DNA of 64,000 bases from Brevundimonas sp. SL130 (GTDB lineage Bacteria > Pseudomonadota > Alphaproteobacteria > Caulobacterales > Caulobacteraceae): assembly GCF_026625805.1 (NCBI RefSeq), contig NZ_CP113064.1, positions 2,146,657 through 2,210,656 of the forward strand, written 5' to 3'. The position numbers and the translations under genes are program-made. Below the pieces are notes generated by a model that saw only the letters and a list, made by a program, of their open reading frames with translations, made no database searches and had not been told where the DNA came from. Positions 59,455 through 64,000 of this stretch are shown here, piece by piece; position 1 is the first letter of the stretch, and each line of letters begins with the position of its first letter.

Positions 59455-60128
59455 AAGGACCGGCGCCGGCGCCGGACCTCGCGCACGACGATCCCGTATC
59501 CGAGCAGGGTCAGAAGCGCCATGCCGAACCACGTAAGGGCATAGACCAGATGACTGTTCGGGAAGCTTACGACCGTCAGCCCCCCTTTGGGCCAACCGTC
59601 GGGATTGGGCTTGGCGTCGGCGTCGATGAAATAGGGCGCGACGTTCGGCAGATTTTGCGCCGCCGCGATCGCCGGAACGTCACGGGAGTACCAGCGACCA
59701 TTCTGCGCGTCATTGGCGCGCAAGAACCCGCCCCCCGGTTCCGTCATTCGCATCAGACCGGTGACGGTTTGCGGACCCGTCAACTGCCCAGCAGACCGCG
59801 CGGCCGGCGAACGGCGTTGGGAGGTGACAAATCCCCGATTGATCAGCACCGTGAAGCCCTGGTCCGCGATCAACGGCGTCATGACCCAGAAGCCCGATCC
59901 GTAATCCGTGACCGCTTGGACCAGGCTTTCGCGGTCATTCTGGAAAACGCCGTGCACCGTCACCCGACGGTACTGATCTCGCTCGCGCGAGACCTCCGTC
60001 CATGACGCCGGTCCGGCCGCCTGAACCGGCAGGGCGTGAACGCGGGCCTCGACCTGAGCGATCAGTTCGGTTTTCCAGGCCAACCTCTGCACCTGCCACA
60101 CGCCCAGGGCGACGAAGCCGGCGAACAA
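59451..60128 (-). CDS. surf1: SURF1-family cytochrome oxidase assembly protein. N-terminus apparently frameshifted; see findings.
   Basis: ORF-track boundaries use a TTG start. It has the C-terminal TM helix and SURF1 core (GVWQVQRLAWK...). The expected N-terminal TM helix is only complete if reading starts upstream in the -1 frame from the ATG at 60181. Confidence 0.65.
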   Translation of the reverse strand: MFAGFVALGVWQVQRLAWKTELIAQVEARVHALPVQAAGPASWTEVSRERDQYRRVTVHGVFQNDRESLVQAVTDYGSGFWVMTPLIADQGFTVLINRGFVTSQRRSPAARSAGQLTGPQTVTGLMRMTEPGGGFLRANDAQNGRWYSRDVPAIAAAQNLPNVAPYFIDADAKPNPDGWPKGGLTVVSFPNSHLVYALTWFGMALLTLLGYGIVVREVRRRRRSL

Positions 60129-60222
60129 AAACGCCGCGCCGACCCCAGCCCAGAACAGGACCGAAGACGGACGCGGCGCATTATGACTGTCGCCTTCGAT
60201 GACGGCCTCCCGAGCCCGGCGC

Positions 60223-60618
60223 CTAGGAACCCATCCGGTTCATGTCATGGCTCATGGGCATCATGTTGGTGTTCAGGTGGTACATGACCCACAGCGAACC
60301 CGACAGGGCGATGACCACGACGATGATCGTGAAGATCAGCGCCAGCATGGTCCAGCCGCCCTCGGACTTGGTGTTCATGTGCAGGAAATAGATCATGTGA
60401 ACCACGATCTGCACCACGGCGAAGGCCATGACGATCAGGGCGGTCGCCTGGGTCGGCAGAACACCGGTCATGACCAGCCAGAACGGAATGGCCGTCAGGA
60501 TCACCGACAGCACGAAGCCGATCATATAGCTCTTGAAGGAGCCGTGATTGTGCGCCTCGTGGCCCAGGTGGTCGGCGTCGTGGGACTCCGGCGAGTGGTC
60601 GTTCTTGTCGGCGCTCAT
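60223..60618 (-). CDS. cyoD: cytochrome o ubiquinol oxidase subunit IV
   Basis: 131 aa. Three TM helices, CyoD family. Confidence 0.8.
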   Translation of the reverse strand: MSADKNDHSPESHDADHLGHEAHNHGSFKSYMIGFVLSVILTAIPFWLVMTGVLPTQATALIVMAFAVVQIVVHMIYFLHMNTKSEGGWTMLALIFTIIVVVIALSGSLWVMYHLNTNMMPMSHDMNRMGS

Positions 60619-61244
60619 CGAACCATGCCCAGCAGATAGACGAAGGTGAAGACGCCGATCCAGATGACGTCAAGGAAGTGCCAGAACATCGACAGGCACA
60701 TCAGGCGGCGCTTGTTGGCGGGGATCAGACCCTTCCAGCTGACCTGAACCATCAGCGTCACCAGCCAGATGATGCCGAAGGTCACGTGCAGGCCGTGGGT
60801 CCCCACCAACGTGAAGAAGGCCGACAGGAAGGCGCTGCGTTGCGGCGTCGCGCCTTCATGGATCAGGTGGGCGAACTCGTAGAGTTCGATCCCCAGGAAG
60901 GCCAGGCCGAACAGGCCAGTGATCGCCAGCCAGATCAGGGTCTGGGTCTTTTTGTTCTGGTCCATCGCCAGCATGGCGAAGCCATAGGTGATCGACGAGA
61001 ACAGCAGCATGGCGGTGTTGATCGCCACCAGCTCCAGGTCGAACAGCTCTTTCGGACCCGGCCCGGCGGCGTAGTTGCCGCCCAGGACGCCGAACACGGC
61101 GAACAGCATCGCAAAGATGAGACAGTCGCTCATCAGATAGAGCCAGAAGCCCAGCATCGTGCTGGAGCCTTCCTCGTGGTGCGGCTCCTCTTCCAGATGG
61201 AAGACGTTCGGGTCGATCTCAGTCGCAGTCGCGGTCGCGCTCAT
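60615..61244 (-). CDS. cyoC: cytochrome o ubiquinol oxidase subunit III
   Basis: 209 aa. CyoC/COX3-like helices. 4-nt overlap with cyoD. Confidence 0.85.
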   Translation of the reverse strand: MSATATATEIDPNVFHLEEEPHHEEGSSTMLGFWLYLMSDCLIFAMLFAVFGVLGGNYAAGPGPKELFDLELVAINTAMLLFSSITYGFAMLAMDQNKKTQTLIWLAITGLFGLAFLGIELYEFAHLIHEGATPQRSAFLSAFFTLVGTHGLHVTFGIIWLVTLMVQVSWKGLIPANKRRLMCLSMFWHFLDVIWIGVFTFVYLLGMVR

Positions 61245-61247
61245 GGA

Positions 61248-63251
61248 TCAGGCCTCCGTTCCGGCCAGGGCGCGCGTACGCGCCTCTTCGGTCTCGCGAA
61301 CCTCATCCGCAGGGATGTAGTAGTCGCGCTTGTAGTTGAAGGTGTGGGCGATCGAGACCGCCAGCACGCCGATGAAGCTAAGCGCCGCCAACCACCAGAT
61401 GTACCAGACCAAAGCCAGGCCCATCACCAGGCACAGACCGGACAGGATGACGCCCGTGCCTGTGTTCGACGGCATGTGGATCGCACGGTAGCCGGACAAC
61501 GGACGCTGATAGCCCTTCTTCTTCATGTCCCACCAGGCGTCGGAGTCATGGATGACCGGCGTGGAGGCGAAGTTGTAGGCGGGCGGAGGCGAGGACGTCG
61601 CCCATTCCAGGGTCCGGGCGCCCCACGGATCGCCCGTGGTGTCGCGCAGCTTGTCGCGGTTGATGATCGAGACGGCGAACTGGATGAACATGGCCGCGAT
61701 GCCGAGGGCGATGACGCCCGCGCCGATGGCGGCGATGACGAACCAGATTTGCAGCGACGGATCATCGAACACCCGCATGCGGCGCGTCACGCCCATCAGG
61801 CCCAGCACGTACAGAGGCGCAAACGCCAGCCAGAAGCCGGGCACCCAGCACCAGAAGCTGACCAGCCCCCAGAACTTGTCCAGCTTGAAGCCGAAGGCCT
61901 TGGGCCACCAGAAGTTGATGGCTGCAAACAGGCCGAACAGCACGCCGCCGATGATCACATTGTGGAAGTGAGCGATCAGGAACAGCGAGTTGTGCAGCAC
62001 GAAGTCCGCAGGCGGAACCGCCAGCAGCACGCCGGTCATGCCGCCGATGACGAAGGTCAGCATGAAGGCGACCAGCCACATCATCGGCAGTTCGAACCGG
62101 ATACGGCCACGGTACATCGTGAACAGCCAGTTGAAGATCTTGGCGCCCGTCGGGATCGAGATGATCATCGTCGTGATGCCGAAGAAGGAGTTCACCGAAG
62201 CGCCCGACCCCATGGTGAAGAAGTGGTGCAGCCAGACCAGGTAAGACAGGATCGTGATGACGACCGTGGCGTAGACCATGGAGGTGTAGCCGAACAGCTT
62301 CTTGCCCGAGAAGGTGGAGGCGATCTCGGAGAAGACGCCGAACAGCGGCAGGATCAGGATGTAGACCTCAGGGTGGCCCCAGATCCAGATCAGGTTCACG
62401 TACATCATCGGGTTGCCGCCGAAGTCGTTCGTGAAGAAGTTTGTGCCGACGTACCGGTCCAGCGTCAGCAGGGCCAGAACGGCGGTCAGGACCGGGAAGG
62501 ACGCGACGATCAGCACGTTGGTGCACAGCGAGGTCCAGGTGAAGATCGGCATCTTCATCATGCCCATGCCCGGCGCGCGCATCTTCACGATGGTCGCGAT
62601 CAGGTTGATCCCGGACAGGGTCGTGCCGACACCCGCGATCTGAAGCCCCCAGATATAATAGTCGACGCCGACGCCCGGGCTGTAGCCGATGCCCGACAGC
62701 GGCGGATAGGCCAGCCAGCCGGTGCGCGCGAACTCGCCCACGAACAGCGAGGCCATGATGATGATGGCGCCGGCCGTGGTCATCCAGAAACTGAAGTTGT
62801 TCAGGAAGGGGAAGGACACGTCGCGCGCGCCGATCTGCAGCGGCACGGCATAGTTCATGATGCCCGTCACCATGGGCATGGCCACGAAGAAGATCATGAT
62901 CACGCCGTGGGCGGTGAAGACCTGATCATAGTGGTGGGCGTTCAGGTATCCCTCGGACCCGCCGAAGGCCATGGCCTGCTGCAGGCGCATCATGATCGCA
63001 TCGGCGAACCCGCGCACAAACATGATCAGACCCAGGATCATGTACATGATCCCGATCTTCTTGTGGTCCACGGTGGTGAACCACTCTTTCCAGAGATAGC
63101 CCCACAGCTTGAAATAGGTCAGGGCGCCGAACAGGGCCAAGCCGCCGAGAAGAACGACGCTCATGGTCACGACCAGAATAGGCTCGTGAAGCGGCAGGGC
63201 TTCGAGCGTCAATCGCCCGAAGATGAGTGGAATGAGGGTGTCAGCGTTCAT
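61248..63251 (-). CDS. cyoB: cytochrome o ubiquinol oxidase subunit I
   Basis: 667 aa. Heme-copper oxidase subunit I with conserved His ligands. Confidence 0.95.
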   Translation of the reverse strand: MNADTLIPLIFGRLTLEALPLHEPILVVTMSVVLLGGLALFGALTYFKLWGYLWKEWFTTVDHKKIGIMYMILGLIMFVRGFADAIMMRLQQAMAFGGSEGYLNAHHYDQVFTAHGVIMIFFVAMPMVTGIMNYAVPLQIGARDVSFPFLNNFSFWMTTAGAIIIMASLFVGEFARTGWLAYPPLSGIGYSPGVGVDYYIWGLQIAGVGTTLSGINLIATIVKMRAPGMGMMKMPIFTWTSLCTNVLIVASFPVLTAVLALLTLDRYVGTNFFTNDFGGNPMMYVNLIWIWGHPEVYILILPLFGVFSEIASTFSGKKLFGYTSMVYATVVITILSYLVWLHHFFTMGSGASVNSFFGITTMIISIPTGAKIFNWLFTMYRGRIRFELPMMWLVAFMLTFVIGGMTGVLLAVPPADFVLHNSLFLIAHFHNVIIGGVLFGLFAAINFWWPKAFGFKLDKFWGLVSFWCWVPGFWLAFAPLYVLGLMGVTRRMRVFDDPSLQIWFVIAAIGAGVIALGIAAMFIQFAVSIINRDKLRDTTGDPWGARTLEWATSSPPPAYNFASTPVIHDSDAWWDMKKKGYQRPLSGYRAIHMPSNTGTGVILSGLCLVMGLALVWYIWWLAALSFIGVLAVSIAHTFNYKRDYYIPADEVRETEEARTRALAGTEA

Positions 63252-63264
63252 CGACTGTGTTCGC

Positions 63265-64000
63265 TCAAGCGTTGGGGGAGGAACGGACGTCGGTCGAAAC
63301 CGGCCCCGTCGATTGCTTGTTTATGGAAAGAGACGCCATCGGCAGACCCTGGGTCAGGCCCAGGCCCGACAGGGGCGCCATGCTGACCGGGGCGCTGGTC
63401 GCGTCCAGTTCGGCGCGGCGGATGCGCTCGGCGGCTGCGGCCTCAGCCTGAAGCGGCGTGCAGATGGTCATGACATAGCTCTCGTTCGAGCCGAAGATGG
63501 CGGCGTTCTTCCCGCGACCGGCGTACTTGTCATAGACCAGCGGCATGGTGTTGCGAATCGAGGCCATGGTCAGACCGCCCTTGCGGTCGATCTCCATCAT
63601 CTCGCCCATGCACATCTTGCCCGGCTCGACGCACATGTTGAGGATGGCGTCCCACAGACCGCCGTCGACGGTGGAGAAGCGCATAACGGGAACCTTCTCA
63701 CTGGGCTTTTCCAGCTCGAGGTAGCGCTCGCGATCCAGCGGCTGGCCGTTTCTGCGAACGCCGGCGATCCAGGCGTCGAAACCCGCCTGATCCAGGCCGT
63801 GGAACTTGAACCGCATGTTCGAGAAGCCGTCGCCGGAATAGTTGGCCGACAGGCCCTGGTACTCGCCCGGACGGTTGATGACCGCGTGCAGTTTCGTCTC
63901 CATGCCCGGCATGGCGTAGATTTGGCCGGCCAGGGCGGGGATATAGAAGGAGTTCATCACCGACGACGAGGTGATGTGGAAGCGGATCGGGCGATCCACG
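63265..64000 (-). CDS. cyoA: Cytochrome o ubiquinol oxidase subunit II, C-terminal part. The N-terminus lies beyond the window end.
   Basis: Periplasmic cupredoxin-like domain without CuA ligands and a CyoA C-terminal extension. Upstream of cyoB. Confidence 0.8.
   Translation of the reverse strand, partial: VDRPIRFHITSSSVMNSFYIPALAGQIYAMPGMETKLHAVINRPGEYQGLSANYSGDGFSNMRFKFHGLDQAGFDAWIAGVRRNGQPLDRERYLELEKPSEKVPVMRFSTVDGGLWDAILNMCVEPGKMCMGEMMEIDRKGGLTMASIRNTMPLVYDKYAGRGKNAAIFGSNESYVMTICTPLQAEAAAAERIRRAELDATSAPVSMAPLSGLGLTQGLPMASLSINKQSTGPVSTDVRSSPNA

Overview
This window looks like a high-GC (about 65-68%) chromosomal segment from an alphaproteobacterium, most plausibly a Caulobacteraceae-type genome such as Brevundimonas or Caulobacter. 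That guess rests on gene order: iscR-nifS-sufB, dusB-ntrY-ntrX with hfq-hflX a few genes on, mfd-sdhE-recG, rlpA-tmk-holB-tatD, a class I PHA synthase, regBA next to cyoABCD-surf1, and rpsI-rplM. Most of the window is housekeeping genes. Many long high-GC six-frame ORFs on the strand opposite to real genes are artefacts and are not reported as features.

Three segments look accessory:
- About 20.40-22.32 kb: a low-GC cargo ORF next to an IS630-family insertion sequence. Its transposase is split at an A8 run.
- About 30.5-35.3 kb: a lower-GC islet with a small unknown protein, a flotillin/SPFH protein and five small unrelated ORFs, two of them secreted. The ORFs are separated by a family of about 115-bp intergenic repeats, each built from GTCCGCTTT iterons and ending in an inverted GCGGACGTT. 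At the right edge, the 3' end of an MBL-fold hydrolase gene is duplicated in tandem 2-3 times.
- About 39.77-46.4 kb: four tRNA genes (Ser-TGA, Arg-TCT, Pro-TGG, Glu-TTC), IS5-family transposase remnants and pobR-pobA.

Other points worth a second look:
- A perfect 31-bp-arm inverted repeat in the recG 3' intergenic region.
- A REC-REC-GGDEF protein with a degenerate GGDEF motif.
- dusB abutting ntrY directly with no ntrBC between them.
- An apparent frameshift at the surf1 N-terminus.

No CRISPR array, rRNA gene or recognisable defence system was found. The islet with its repeat family is the most novel-looking structure.
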